This document shows positions 63,045 to 64,000 of a stretch of 64,000 bases of DNA, one piece after another. The stretch is from the NCBI GenBank assembly GCA_965116795.1, contig OZ220716.1:458503-522502 (forward strand). Reading direction: 5' to 3'. The notes below the pieces were generated by a model that saw only the letters and a program-made list of their open reading frames with translations, made no database searches and was not told the DNA's origin. The first letter of the stretch is position 1. Every line of letters begins with the position of its first letter. Position numbers and translations under genes: made by a program. This stretch comes from Gammaproteobacteria bacterium. Its GTDB lineage: Bacteria; Pseudomonadota; Gammaproteobacteria; JAJFKG01.

Positions 63045-64000
63045 ATGGCCATAGCCCCTTCACGCCGCTCTAATAAAGCATTAAGCGTATTCTCATTAGT
63101 GATGATCAACGTTATTGCTGTCGACAGCTTGCGTAGCTTACCGATTAGCGCTGAATACGGTTTATCCCTGATATTCTTTTATGCCATCGGCGCTATTTGC
63201 TTTTTCATCCCAACTTGCTTAGTCACCGCTGAACTAGCAACAGGTTGGCCAGAGACAGGGGGATTATATGTTTGGATCAGAGAAGCATTTGGTAAACGTT
63301 GGGGATTGCTCGCGATTTGGCTACAGTGGATTTACAACATTGTTTGGTATCCAACTATCCTAGCATTCTTATCAGCAACCCTGGCATATTTAATCGATCC
63401 ACATTTAGCTGAAAACCGTACGTATACCTTGATTTGCGTCATGATTATTTTCTGGAGTGTAACAACCATTAACTGCCTTGGGATCCGCGCATCCAGTTGG
63501 CTAAGCTCTGTTGGTGCATTACTCGGTACCTTAGTGCCAATGTTATTTATTATTATATTAAGTTGCATCTGGCTGTTAACCCATCACGATAGTGCTACAC
63601 CAATTACTGTTAATGCATTACTACCAAACGGACACACCGCACATAACATTGGTTTTTTCATCGCGATCTTATTTGGGTTGCTTGGTATGGAGATGTCTGC
63701 AATGCATGCAGGCGATGTTAATAATCCACAACGTGATTATCCACGCGCTTTATTAATTTCAGCTATTGTGATTTTACTGTCACTGGTATTAGCATCATTA
63801 GCGATTGCTATTGTATTACCTCAAGACCAAATCAGCTTGGTGTCTGGTTTAATTCAAGCATATCAAGCTTTCTTTAATGTCTTTCACTTAACTTGGATGA
63901 CACCCGTGATCATTGTCTTAATCATTATCGGAGGGATGAGTTGTGTTGGTGCATGGTTAATTGGCCCAGCACGCGGATTGATGGTCGCCAGTCAAGATGG
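63045..64000 (+). CDS. APC-superfamily amino acid permease (runs off the window)
   Basis: Not in the ORF track. Manual translation after an AGGAG RBS: MAIAPSRRSNKALSVFSLVMINVIAVDSLRSLP...FFIPTCLVTAELATGWPETGGLYVWIREAFG...GMEMSA.HAGDV.NPQRDYPRA. Confidence 0.9.
   Translation, partial: MAIAPSRRSNKALSVFSLVMINVIAVDSLRSLPISAEYGLSLIFFYAIGAICFFIPTCLVTAELATGWPETGGLYVWIREAFGKRWGLLAIWLQWIYNIVWYPTILAFLSATLAYLIDPHLAENRTYTLICVMIIFWSVTTINCLGIRASSWLSSVGALLGTLVPMLFIIILSCIWLLTHHDSATPITVNALLPNGHTAHNIGFFIAILFGLLGMEMSAMHAGDVNNPQRDYPRALLISAIVILLSLVLASLAIAIVLPQDQISLVSGLIQAYQAFFNVFHLTWMTPVIIVLIIIGGMSCVGAWLIGPARGLMVASQD

Overview
AT-rich gammaproteobacterial chromosome segment. A Legionellales/Coxiellaceae-like origin is inferred from split gcvPA/gcvPB, a class II DAHP synthase, a DotK/IcmN-like lipoprotein and arginase-rocD. 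The coding content is mostly housekeeping: rocD-rocF, pcnB-folK, ppk1, hemB, rho-trxA, pgi, pckA, nucleoside salvage (cdd, PNP, deoC, a udp-like gene, deaminases), speE/speD, rmlACDB, waaG/waaC/lpxL, a MoxR-Bat operon, folB-folK2, rppH-ptsP, dapB, gcvTHP, ubiI-like, PiT, psd, cca, pgk-pyk and an APC permease. I see no rRNA, tRNA, CRISPR array, prophage or intact transposase. The unusual content is intergenic: about 8 ERIC-like TATA-bounded palindromes whose stems co-vary, CGTC-tagged REP/RPE-like elements, several other MITE-like elements sharing an apical motif, and small hairpin+CAAG modules nested in larger repeats. Several of these repeats supply gene C-termini or stop codons. Also notable are an orphan HipA-like protein with a degenerate kinase site, an acidic repeat protein with an effector-like C-terminus, a signal-peptide adenosine deaminase and a perfect (CAGCAA)11 polyQ tract. 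Family assignments come from motif recognition only; no database searches were run.
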